Of a DNA stretch of 35,637 nt, positions 10,898 through 19,256 are shown piece after piece. Numbering within the stretch: the first letter of the stretch is position 1; every line of letters starts with the position of its first letter. Location of the stretch: positions 1 to 35,637 of the IMG/VR virus record IMGVR_UViG_3300016484_000704; one strand, given 5' to 3'. Made by a program: the position numbers and the translations under genes. The notes under the pieces are model-generated. The model ran no database searches, was not told where the DNA came from, and was given only the letters and a program-made list of their open reading frames with translations. Origin of the DNA: a virus (taxonomy: Duplodnaviria; Caudoviricetes).

Positions 10898-11039
10898 AAG
10901 CACTCGAGGATTAAGACGCCACCGTGTCGCGCTTCTTCTCCTGAGCGGATGTGCGCTCGGGTTGGGAGTACTCGCAGGAATCGGGCTAGCGGAAATCGTC
11001 ACCGCGAATGAGCGAGGGCGGACGAGGCGGACGGGGTGA
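10890..11039 (+). CDS. Small membrane protein
   Basis: Basic N-terminus followed by VALLLLSGCALGLGVLAGIGLA; GTGA-coupled to thioredoxin. Confidence 0.5.
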   Translation: MNKSTRGLRRHRVALLLLSGCALGLGVLAGIGLAEIVTANERGRTRRTG

Positions 11040-11386
11040 CAACAGACTACGTGCCCCTCGAACACGGAGGACTTGAGAGGGCGCTAAGAGACGGGCGGGA
11101 TAAACTCGTTGCCGTCGTGTTCTATGCGCCCTGGTGCCCTTCGTGCGCCGACTACTGGGCAACCCTGCGCGAGGTAAGCGACACGGTGCGTGAGCGCACG
11201 GGAATCGACACGATCGTGTACGGAGTCAACGCCGAGGAGGACACGCTACTCACTCGGCGCATGCGCGTCACCGCCGTGCCCACGACGCTGTTCTACTCCT
11301 ATGAGATCCGCGTCGGAGAAATGGTCGGAGCGCGCCCGGCGTTCGCCATACTCGAGGATCTCGACAACGCGCTTTCACGGGAGTAA
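11036..11386 (+). CDS. Thioredoxin family protein
   Basis: FYAPWCPSC active site; cis-Pro motif VTAVPT. Confidence 0.9.
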   Translation: MTTDYVPLEHGGLERALRDGRDKLVAVVFYAPWCPSCADYWATLREVSDTVRERTGIDTIVYGVNAEEDTLLTRRMRVTAVPTTLFYSYEIRVGEMVGARPAFAILEDLDNALSRE

Positions 11387-11898
11387 AAAACAAGATTCTC
11401 TTTGTGGCGTAGTTTATTTATTTTATTTTGGGGTCAACTTCCGTGTAGAAGTCAACAGGTTTACATGTCAAAAAGTTTAAACTATCTTTTCATGCCGCGA
11501 CATACTGTGCAGAAAAAGTAAATCGAAAAGTTTCTTTCACCGCGAGACTATTGCACTATTGCGCACCATTGCGCACCATCGCTTAATATTCACTATATGA
11601 ACTCGGGGGAGAAAGCAGCGCAGAAACATACTAGGCGAAAACGAAATTAGCGAAGAGACAAAGTGACGTAGTACGGAACTAAACTACTAATCTTAAAGCT
11701 GCAAACGAGACTATCTTTCTAATACGCGTATACGTGTACCCTAGGCCCTATCTCAGAAATAGTCTCGTTAACGGGTTCATGATTAGTTGATTATCTTTTA
11801 GCAAAAGTTTCAAGCAGTCAATAGTTTACTAGAAGAGAAACATATGCTATAGTTGACCTGTCAGAGACACGCTACGCACTACGCAAGTCGGGAGAGAG
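11387..11898. other. AT-rich non-coding region, candidate replication origin or control region
   Basis: Sharp GC drop; repeated AAAAGTTT and CGAGACTAT; inverted repeat 11704-11714/11759-11769. Confidence 0.5.
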
Positions 11899-12393
11899 AT
11901 GAGCGACGACGAGAACGAGAAGATGATGACACCGGAAGAGATGCTGGCAAGCATGGGGATCTCGATGGAGGAAGCTGAGGAAGCCAACGAGAACCTGCGA
12001 GTGCGACCAGCGCACGGAGGACGTGACGCGCGGATCTGCATCTGCGGACACGGAGTCTCACGGCACACTGTCACCAACGGAGCAGTGTACTGTAAGCCGA
12101 CGCGCATGGAGTGCCCGTGCAAGAAGGTGCGCGCCGTCATCGAGGCCGAGGACACTCGACCCTTTCTGCGGCGAACCGGAGGAGCCGGTGCGATGCACGC
12201 GCTGTCGCTCGGACTTGTCGGGCTCGCGCAGAAGGGAAGAAGTGCCCGATGGGTTGTCGACCTCGTGTGCGATCGGTGTGGAAAAGAGGACTCGAATGTG
12301 GTACCTGCGGCGGTTACTTCAAATGGTGTGGGAGTCTCTTACCCGACCGGCTACGATGTACTCCTCTGCCCAGGCTGTCGCGAAGCAGTGTAA
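11899..12393 (+). CDS. Cys-rich zinc-binding hypothetical protein
   Basis: CICGH...H...C...CPC and CDRC...LCPGC; GGGAGAG RBS. Confidence 0.8.
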   Translation: MSDDENEKMMTPEEMLASMGISMEEAEEANENLRVRPAHGGRDARICICGHGVSRHTVTNGAVYCKPTRMECPCKKVRAVIEAEDTRPFLRRTGGAGAMHALSLGLVGLAQKGRSARWVVDLVCDRCGKEDSNVVPAAVTSNGVGVSYPTGYDVLLCPGCREAV

Positions 12394-12427
12394 AGTAGAA
12401 ACCCGCGACAGGCGCTATCGGCCTCTC

Positions 12428-12643
12428 GTGCACCTGACCGAGGACGGGATCATGGGCTGCGGGTTCTGCGACTTCTTCACCGACACTCCCGACGTGCGCG
12501 TCGTTCTCGAGCACATGAAACAGGAGCACCCTGAGGAGCTATCCGGTCTCGCGAAATGGCCGGATGGCGAGTTCGTCGTCATCGACGAAACCATGCTCAA
12601 CGGAGAGCTCACGGTGCCCGAGGACTTTCTTCGCGACGAATAA
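12428..12643 (+). CDS. C2H2-like zinc-finger protein (start uncertain)
   Basis: CGFC...EHMKQEH. Confidence 0.6.
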   Translation: MHLTEDGIMGCGFCDFFTDTPDVRVVLEHMKQEHPEELSGLAKWPDGEFVVIDETMLNGELTVPEDFLRDE

Positions 12644-12732
12644 GAGACATCAGGTACTCGAGATCGGACTAAGATAACTGAGTGCGCGGATGACGCGCAA
12701 CCCAAGCGGTAAACTCTCCTAAGGAGAACTCA

Positions 12733-12963
12733 GTGGAAAAGTTCGAGAACTGGCTTGCCAGCAGCCCGCTCGCCTCGGCCGTCAAGGTCTTCATCGCGAT
12801 CGTGCTCTCCATGGCGGTCGCCGACTTCGTGTCCAAGGGCACCATCAACTTCGCCTCATGGCAGACCTGGGTCATCGCCGGTCTCGCCTCGGCGGTGCCC
12901 GTCGTCATCAACTGGCTCAACCCGTCCGACACCCGCTACGGGAAGACGGTGACAAAGAAGTGA
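12733..12963 (+). CDS. Holin
   Basis: Two TM segments; C-terminal WLNPSDTRYG with a basic tail; AAGGAG RBS; upstream of the endolysin. Confidence 0.85.
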   Translation: MEKFENWLASSPLASAVKVFIAIVLSMAVADFVSKGTINFASWQTWVIAGLASAVPVVINWLNPSDTRYGKTVTKK

Positions 12964-13109
12964 GCCCGAGCGAGGAAGTCAACGTCGACGCTGCAGATGT
13001 CGACATCGAGGAGTACAACAAGCAGAACCCCGACTTCGTTCCCGACATTGTTGACGGTGAGCCCGACGCTGCAGATGTTGTCGACCTCGACGAGGAGGCT
13101 GACGCATGA
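12960..13109 (+). CDS. Small highly acidic protein within the lysis cassette
   Basis: GTGA overlap with the holin and ATGA overlap with the lysin; DAADV repeated twice. Confidence 0.6.
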   Translation: MSPSEEVNVDAADVDIEEYNKQNPDFVPDIVDGEPDAADVVDLDEEADA

Positions 13110-14059
13110 GCGGAAACGTAGATCCGAGCCCGTCGCAGATCCTCGCCGCCATGCGCGATCACGGAGTTGACGTTCAGACCTACAAGGGCTGGGACACGAT
13201 CGGACGCCCCTGGGCAGGACCCTCAGGTTCTCCTGGTCTCATGGGAGCCGTCGTGCATCACACGGCAACTTCCTCGGCGACTGGGTCAAAGGGTTGCCCG
13301 ACGCTTGGCTGGGCAGTATCCGCGTACGAGCTCCCAGTCTGCAACCTGCTCGTCGGTCGCGGACCAGGAGACACTTACCTGCTGTCAGGTGGTTCCGTGT
13401 ACCACTGTGGCGACGGTGTCACTCCTGCGTTCCTGGGATCGCAGCGTGGCTTCTTCGGGCAGACCCGTCTCTGGGGTATCGAGATTGATGACCCCGGTGT
13501 CAAGACCGGGAGCATCACCGACTACCAGATCGAGAATGTCGCTCGCACTCTCGCAGCTCTCGCGGACCTCTGCGGATGGGACGTCGACAAGGCTGTCGGC
13601 ACTCACAAGTGCTACACCGACGGGTGCCATGGCTGGCAGCCCAAGGCGAACCCGACTGTCGCGCAGGGTGGAACTCGAGGGCGGAAGAATGACACCCTCG
13701 ACGGTGAATGGGCCGAGTGGCCGGGATCCGATGCGCCCGAGGAGTACAACGCTCCGTTCTGGCGCGCCGAGACAAAGAAGTACCAGGTCGCAGCTCTTCC
13801 CGAGACCTGGGACAAGACGATCCCGAGCCGGGCTGCTGCCCAGCGCGCGATCGACGGGAACATGGCCAATCTCGCTGCCTGGCGCACCGCGTGCCGACTG
13901 CATGACCTTGGCTTCCGCAAGGAGGTCTCGCTCCCTGCAGGAGAGCAGCGGTGGCCGATGAACGCGTACAAGAGGTTCCAGAAGGATCAAGCTCTCGAGC
14001 AGACCGGACGCCCGGACGCGAAGACCTGGCGCCGGTTGTTCGGCAAGGACAAGCCATAA
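13106..14059 (+). CDS. Endolysin: N-acetylmuramoyl-L-alanine amidase with a C-terminal peptidoglycan-binding domain
   Basis: VVHHTA, YHCG, WGIEI, GTHK and RKND amidase_2-like motifs; FQKDQAL..TG..D..TW..LF C-terminus. Confidence 0.9.
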   Translation: MSGNVDPSPSQILAAMRDHGVDVQTYKGWDTIGRPWAGPSGSPGLMGAVVHHTATSSATGSKGCPTLGWAVSAYELPVCNLLVGRGPGDTYLLSGGSVYHCGDGVTPAFLGSQRGFFGQTRLWGIEIDDPGVKTGSITDYQIENVARTLAALADLCGWDVDKAVGTHKCYTDGCHGWQPKANPTVAQGGTRGRKNDTLDGEWAEWPGSDAPEEYNAPFWRAETKKYQVAALPETWDKTIPSRAAAQRAIDGNMANLAAWRTACRLHDLGFRKEVSLPAGEQRWPMNAYKRFQKDQALEQTGRPDAKTWRRLFGKDKP

Positions 14060-14078
14060 GCTAGTTCTGCCAGCAAGA

Positions 14079-14124
14079 CGCCTCCGAGCCCTCGGTAACC
14101 CCGAGGCCGGAGGTGTTCTTGTTT
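14079..14124 (+). terminator. Intrinsic terminator after the lysin
   Basis: CCTCCG..CCTCGG/CCGAGG.CGGAGG stem followed by TTCTTGTTT. Confidence 0.65.
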
Positions 14125-14278
14125 CCCGTGAAAGTTGAAGCAGTACGTGTGCAAGCGCGAAAATCGCGGGAGCAACTGTTAGTGCAGGGTTCTAAGCGAG
14201 GTGGTTTCTCTCCTCTCTCGCCAAAATCCTTCGAGTTTCGCTCGTCCGTTTGTGCTCGCTCGTGTTATGTTTGTGCGT

Positions 14279-15211
14279 ATGAGCAGTGCGCTTCCGGTTC
14301 CGGCGTCGGATGATGACGTGTCTGGCGGGTTGCCTGTGATTGATGAAGCGTTCGATATGCGCCCGATTCTGAGTGATCTTGGTATTCAGGAAGTTGAGCG
14401 GGGCGTGTGCGAGGACACGTACGAGCATCGGCGGATTCTTCGTAAGGCGAAGATGAACTGGGTTCCGGTGTTCGCGGCGAATGGCGCGCCGACGGGTCTT
14501 ATCCAGGCTCGTTCTCCTGAGCAGGAGAAGTCCCGTGTGGTAATGTCGTTGTCGCAGCGGCGCCCGATCATGGTTGATCCTGATTCACCGAACTCGGATT
14601 ATTTGACGGGTCTGGATCTTCTTGCGGAGTCGGCCTCGGATTACCTGGTGCCTCCGTGGGTGCTGGGTGCGACGAAGATGTGGGTGGCGGAGCAGGAGGC
14701 GGGTGGTCAGCCGAATCCGAAGAAGCAGCCGACCGCGTTGCCTCATCGGTGTCGTCACATCAAGGATGACGGGATTCGGTGTCTTCTTTGGAGTTCGGGT
14801 CGCCCGAAGGATGACGGCCTGTGTCGAGTGCATTTGCGTTCGACGAAGAAGCGGCCTGGCGATGACGTGGAGCGGGCTCGGGAGAAGCTTGTGCAGGCGG
14901 CGCCGTACGCGGTGGACGTGCTCGAGGATTTGATGGAGAACGCCTCGTCGGAGCCCGTGCGCTTGAAGGCCAGCACGGAGATCCTCGACCGGGCGGGTGT
15001 TCGCGGCGGCGTGGAGCTGGATGCGCGTGTTGAGGTGAGTGACGGGCGGCCTGCGGAGCAGGTGGTGTTGGAGCGGTTGCAGCGGCTGGCGGCTGGCGCG
15101 GTGGCGGTTGCCGGCGTGCTGGGTGAGTCCGCGGAGATCGTTGACGCGGAAGTTGTTGAAGAGGTAATTACTCGAGTTCCGAGTGACGGCGGCGGCGAGG
15201 GAGATGAGTGA
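14279..15211 (+). CDS. Terminase small subunit-like / DNA-binding phage protein
   Basis: RC...K.DG.RC...GLC..H zinc knuckle followed by REKL..AAP.AV..L..LM...SE.VRLKA..EILDRAG helical motif typical of actinophage TerS-like proteins. Confidence 0.65.
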   Translation: MSSALPVPASDDDVSGGLPVIDEAFDMRPILSDLGIQEVERGVCEDTYEHRRILRKAKMNWVPVFAANGAPTGLIQARSPEQEKSRVVMSLSQRRPIMVDPDSPNSDYLTGLDLLAESASDYLVPPWVLGATKMWVAEQEAGGQPNPKKQPTALPHRCRHIKDDGIRCLLWSSGRPKDDGLCRVHLRSTKKRPGDDVERAREKLVQAAPYAVDVLEDLMENASSEPVRLKASTEILDRAGVRGGVELDARVEVSDGRPAEQVVLERLQRLAAGAVAVAGVLGESAEIVDAEVVEEVITRVPSDGGGEGDE

Positions 15212-15368
15212 CGTGACGGAGGCGGCGGAGGCGGCCCGGCAGCTCGCGGTTGAGCTCGCGGCTGATGTTGAGCAGGCGAAGACTCGTGAGGAGCATATTC
15301 GCGTGACGGCTCGCGCGAATGAGGCGGCCCGGATTGCGTACATGCTGTCGCATTTGCTGCCGGCCTGA
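15204..15368 (+). CDS. Hypothetical protein
   Basis: GAGGGAG RBS; helical 54 aa ORF. Confidence 0.65.
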   Translation: MSDVTEAAEAARQLAVELAADVEQAKTREEHIRVTARANEAARIAYMLSHLLPA

Positions 15369-15460
15369 TGAGCGCGATGAGCGTGGCTGAGTTTGTTTTG
15401 ACGGTGGCGGTGGCGGCCGGGCTTGGCGTGCTGGTGGCGGAGTTCTACCATCGCGGGTGA
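15368..15460 (+). CDS. 30-aa membrane peptide
   Basis: TGATG overlap upstream and GTGA overlap downstream; MSAMSVAEFVLTVAVAAGLGVLVAEFYHRG. Confidence 0.55.
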   Translation: MSAMSVAEFVLTVAVAAGLGVLVAEFYHRG

Positions 15461-15666
15461 GTTCTCCCGTTATAGTTGACGGGTACCCGAAAATAGGAGC
15501 TGAGCTCGCCGTGCAGTATTACCGTATTCTGGAAGTTGTTCGTCAGCAGGAGGAGGCTCGGAGTAGTTCTCCGCGTTTCCGCTTTTTCCGTCGCCGGCCC
15601 GCGCAGGACGCCACTGATTACGAGTGGTACGCCGCGCACCTGAGGCTGCATAACGCGCTTCGCTAA
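15457..15666 (+). CDS. Hypothetical protein
   Basis: GTGA-coupled; ends just before the first promoter repeat. Confidence 0.55.
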   Translation: MSSPVIVDGYPKIGAELAVQYYRILEVVRQQEEARSSSPRFRFFRRRPAQDATDYEWYAAHLRLHNALR

Positions 15667-15687
15667 GCCGCCTGATATAATAGCAAT

Positions 15688-15972
15688 TGAGGTATGGCTA
15701 ACGGACTGTGAATCCGTCGCGGCGTTCCGTGGGAGTCGGAACCGCTCGGTCAGTTTGCGGCGCAATCGCGAGCTGGCCGGAGCCATGCTTCACTTGAGCA
15801 ATAAAAGCTCCGTCGGCCCCTGATGAGAGTATGGCCAGCCGGCGACTAAAATCTCTCCGCTCCTCAGGGCATGAGCGTCGTCTAAACTGCCCACCTCTCG
15901 CGTTACGCCTTTAAGCTGAGCGAGGCTCTCTTTGGAGAGAGCACCTGAGCATGTGCTGGTGGAAACTGCTCA
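15688..15972 (+). ncRNA. Candidate structured non-coding RNA (four-way junction plus pseudoknots)
   Basis: Begins 6-7 nt after TATAAT; 12-bp P1 (15688-15699/15781-15792) encloses three hairpins; two similar H-type pseudoknots follow; no credible ORF. Confidence 0.65.
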
Positions 15973-16038
15973 CTCACCTGATATAATAAGCTCTACCGGC
16001 ACGACGGCCGGCATCACAACGACGAAACGGACTACGCC

Positions 16039-17205
16039 ATGGCACGACTCTCATCTACCGCCCGAGTCTCCATCACTGGCAGAGATGCCGCCGAGGCCCG
16101 CGACGCGGCGATCGAACAGAAAAGCTGGCTGGTTTGGGCGCGAGCGAATTCTCTGCTCGCGGACGGCGGCGGCAAGCCGCAGTCGCTTGACGGCGTGCCG
16201 GGTGTCGCCGGCGAGCTGAATCTTCGCGGTGTCGTGTGCAGGCTGTGGCCTGAGCTCGCGGCGAGCGACAAGCGGCCCGAGATGGATGCGTTCATCGGTC
16301 CGATCTACGAGTATCTCAAGAAATCCGGCAACGCGCGGTGTGTTCTGTCGCCGCCGCCTGGTTCCGGCCGGCGGCCTGTCTGGTGGCTTCGCGGCGAGTG
16401 GCTCGAGGTTCTCGCGGTGCACATCGGCATGTCGACGCGCAAGGAGGACTCGTACCTGTCACGGCGTGAGAAGCAGCTCACGCCGAGCGAGGTCGGCGAG
16501 GACCGGCCCGCGTCGCCGGTCGAGGTCCGGTTCATGGAACCGGCCAGCGACGAGTCGACGGGCAAGGCGACGGAGGCGGTTGACAAGCTGCGCCCGTATC
16601 TGGAGCAGCGGTCGCGCGAGCACGTCGACCTGGTCGGCATGGTGCATCTCGTTCTCGACGACACGACGCAGCCGTTGACCGCGAGCGAAGTGCAGCAGTA
16701 CCTGGAGCGCGAGCTCAACTACGTCTATGAAATCACGACGGTTCGCAACGCGCTCAAGGAATTGCTTGACGGCAAGAAAATCTCGATGCGCAAGGAGACA
16801 TTCGAGGAGCGTCATCTTCGCGCGGGCGGCTCGGCGCTTGGTGCGCACGCTCAGCTTTACTGGGCGCCTGCCGGCGAGGTACCGGCCCGTACGGAGCGCG
16901 AGGCCGTGACGGGCGTGCTTCTCGAGATTGACTGGGCGGCCCGGTTTGGCGCGTCGTCGAGCGAGCCGACGGTGACAGTGACGGACACCGGCCTGGCTAG
17001 CTCGGATCTGACGGGCATCGCGGCGGCGGTGAGCGGCCTGATCGATCGCGAGGTGACCGCGCGGATCGCGGTTGTCGAGGACAGGCTCGTGAAGATGACG
17101 GCGGAGCGTGACCGGCTTGCTGCTGAGCTTAAAGCTCTTGAGCCGTTGCGCGAGCTCGCGGAGTTGACGGCCTCGAACTTGGCAAGTGTTAAAATGTCTA
17201 AGTGA
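16039..17205 (+). CDS. Protein with a winged-HTH-like domain and C-terminal coiled coil
   Basis: PLTASEVQQYL...ITTVRNALKELLDGKKI (BlaI/CopY-like wHTH pattern); promoter repeat at 15977. Confidence 0.75.
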   Translation: MARLSSTARVSITGRDAAEARDAAIEQKSWLVWARANSLLADGGGKPQSLDGVPGVAGELNLRGVVCRLWPELAASDKRPEMDAFIGPIYEYLKKSGNARCVLSPPPGSGRRPVWWLRGEWLEVLAVHIGMSTRKEDSYLSRREKQLTPSEVGEDRPASPVEVRFMEPASDESTGKATEAVDKLRPYLEQRSREHVDLVGMVHLVLDDTTQPLTASEVQQYLERELNYVYEITTVRNALKELLDGKKISMRKETFEERHLRAGGSALGAHAQLYWAPAGEVPARTEREAVTGVLLEIDWAARFGASSSEPTVTVTDTGLASSDLTGIAAAVSGLIDREVTARIAVVEDRLVKMTAERDRLAAELKALEPLRELAELTASNLASVKMSK

Positions 17206-17354
17206 GCAAAGTCGACAGTGCCGCAATTCTTCTCGACAAGATCGAGCCTCCGACACCGGAGGAGGCGGCGCGAGTGCGTGAGCTTGTTCTTCGACAGCCT
17301 GACGGTGAAATGTTTGCGCGAATGCTTGGAGTGAGTGATGAAGACGAGAGTTGA
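17202..17354 (+). CDS. Small hypothetical protein (50 aa)
   Basis: GTGA overlap; MSKVDSAAILLDKIEPP...MLGVSDEDES*. Confidence 0.55.
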   Translation: MSKVDSAAILLDKIEPPTPEEAARVRELVLRQPDGEMFARMLGVSDEDES

Positions 17355-17559
17355 GACAGCCGCGGATGCTCTTGAGGCGCAGCTTGAGCGTAGCGGTGTG
17401 AAGCTTTCCCGCACGGACGTGCTCGAGATGGCGTTGGTCACGTTGATGGCTGGCGATACTCATCTAGAGTCGACGTTGTCGCTTGAGCCGACGACTCGTC
17501 TTCTAAATGGTCTTCGCATCTCGGAGCCGAATGTGGTGGCTCCGGTGAGCGTCGACTAG
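17338..17559 (+). CDS. Hypothetical protein, possibly ribbon-helix-helix-like
   Basis: GGAG upstream; LSRTDVLEMAL. Confidence 0.5.
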   Translation: MKTRVETAADALEAQLERSGVKLSRTDVLEMALVTLMAGDTHLESTLSLEPTTRLLNGLRISEPNVVAPVSVD

Positions 17560-17633
17560 CCCGCTCCACCATACCTGATATAATAGTACCAACGCCGGCA
17601 CGGAGGAGCCGGAAACGACGAAAGGACACGGAA

Positions 17634-18086
17634 ATGAATTCAGCCACCGACGTGATCGGCAAGGCGGTCTACCTCGAGTTTCGCAAGGCCGCATGGACGG
17701 TTCAGATGATTCTGATGCCGGACGGCCACACTCCGATGGGCGCCTACGTCCCGCACACGCTCTATCGCCGGCAGATCAGTGCCGACGCTCCGCGCAAGTC
17801 GTGGAAGACCTCATCCGCGGTTGCCGAGCCCTGGCACGGTGTTCGCCCGCAGATCAGCGACGACTCGGCGCTTAGCTTCGGGCTCTCCCGCTTCGAGTTC
17901 ATGGAGGGCACGCTCGTCAACCTGTCGACCCGCGGCTGGAAGCTCTACAAGAAGCCGGTGATCGTTGAGGTGACTGCTCAGGACATGGACGATGTCCGCC
18001 AGGGCAAGACGCCGTACAAGGTCGTTGCCCGCATCACTCGAGTGCGTCGCGCGCTCGGCTTCGGCGAGGCTCTCTTCGCCTCCTGA
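17634..18086 (+). CDS. Hypothetical cassette protein
   Basis: Promoter at 17574 with ACGACGAAAGGAC leader; its stop is the TGA of the next repeat. Confidence 0.8.
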   Translation: MNSATDVIGKAVYLEFRKAAWTVQMILMPDGHTPMGAYVPHTLYRRQISADAPRKSWKTSSAVAEPWHGVRPQISDDSALSFGLSRFEFMEGTLVNLSTRGWKLYKKPVIVEVTAQDMDDVRQGKTPYKVVARITRVRRALGFGEALFAS

Positions 18087-18141
18087 TATAATAGTACTCG
18101 CACCACGCACCAGCCACAACGACGAAAAGGACGTGATCAAC

Positions 18142-19137
18142 ATGGCAATTCCCAGCGCAGTCCTCGAGGACCTTGTCGATGACCCGAGCGTTACGCCCCT
18201 CCGCGACATCATCGCGGCTGCAGGAGTGCAGTCCGCCAACCCTCACCTGGACGACATTCTCGATAGTATGGTCGAAACCCAGGGCCGCGCGACCAAGCGG
18301 CACGCGACCAAGAAGGCGCCTGTCGTGATCAATGCCGATGCCCTTACCGGCGACTCGACCTACGTTCGCCCGAACGGCGACGTCTACCACACCCGCAAGT
18401 GGGGCGAGCACGACGACGTCGAGGTTCTGCGCAAGGCCCGCGATGCGATGCAGTTCGTGCTGCTCTACGGCGCGCCTGGCTGTGGAAAGACCGCGCTGGT
18501 CGAGGCAGCGTTCGACGACGTGCTCACGCTGCTCGGCTCCGGTGACACCGAGGTCGCCGACCTGGTTGGTGGCTACGTGCAGACTCCGTCCGGCGGTTTC
18601 GTCTGGGAGGACGGCCCTCTGCTCAAGGCGGCGTCTGCCGGCAAGCCCTTCCTCATCGATGAGATCGGTCTCATCGACCCGAAGGTGCTGTCCATCGTCT
18701 ACGGACTCATGGACGGCCGCCGCGAGTACACCGTGACCGCCAACCCCGAGCGCGGCACGGTTCGCGCGGAGGACGGGTTCTACGTCATCGCCGCCACCAA
18801 TCCGAACGCTCCAGGCGTTCGACTGTCCGAGGCTCTGCTGTCTCGTTTCACGATCCAGGTCGAGATGACGACCGACTGGGGTCTCGCCAAGAAGCTTGGT
18901 GTCCCTTCACAGATCGTGACCGCGGCACAGAACCTGAGCAAGAAGCAGCAGAGCTCGGAGGTGAGCTGGGCTCCGCAGATGCGCGAGCTGCTCGCGTTCC
19001 GTGATCTGTCCGAGATGTTCGGCACGAAGTTCGCGATCGCGAACCTCTTGGCCGCTGCCCCCGAGATGGACCGCCCCGTCGTTGCGGACGTCTTCACGAG
19101 GGTCTTCGGCGACGAGTGCCGACCCGCGAAGATCTAG
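18142..19137 (+). CDS. MoxR/CbbQ/CobS-like AAA+ ATPase
   Basis: Walker A GAPGCGKT, DLVG, W.DGPL, Walker B FLIDE, ATNP sensor 1, ALLSRF arginine finger. Confidence 0.93.
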   Translation: MAIPSAVLEDLVDDPSVTPLRDIIAAAGVQSANPHLDDILDSMVETQGRATKRHATKKAPVVINADALTGDSTYVRPNGDVYHTRKWGEHDDVEVLRKARDAMQFVLLYGAPGCGKTALVEAAFDDVLTLLGSGDTEVADLVGGYVQTPSGGFVWEDGPLLKAASAGKPFLIDEIGLIDPKVLSIVYGLMDGRREYTVTANPERGTVRAEDGFYVIAATNPNAPGVRLSEALLSRFTIQVEMTTDWGLAKKLGVPSQIVTAAQNLSKKQQSSEVSWAPQMRELLAFRDLSEMFGTKFAIANLLAAAPEMDRPVVADVFTRVFGDECRPAKI

Positions 19138-19156
19138 CCTCCGGTATCTTCGCGCC

Positions 19157-19196
19157 GAGGGGCGTCGACCACCTGGCTGGTTGGTTGGCGCCCCTC
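19157..19196 (+). terminator. Stem-loop between the AAA gene and the next promoter
   Basis: GAGGGGCGTCGACCA/TGGTTGGCGCCCCTC. Confidence 0.55.
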
Positions 19197-19256
19197 ACAT
19201 GGCACCTGATATAATAGTACTCACGGACGGAAACACGACGACGAGAGGACACGAAC

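Noticed and set aside
15688-15792. Canonical tRNA-His
   Set aside because: The anticodon arm fits, but there is no D-loop GG, no GTTCRA T-loop, no 7-bp acceptor stem or CCA, and the arm order is wrong
15820-15860. Hammerhead ribozyme (CTGATGA present)
   Set aside because: No stem II followed by GAAA at a suitable distance
15688-15972. tmRNA
   Set aside because: It has pseudoknots but lacks the GGGG 5' end, T-arm/CCA 3' end and a tag ORF
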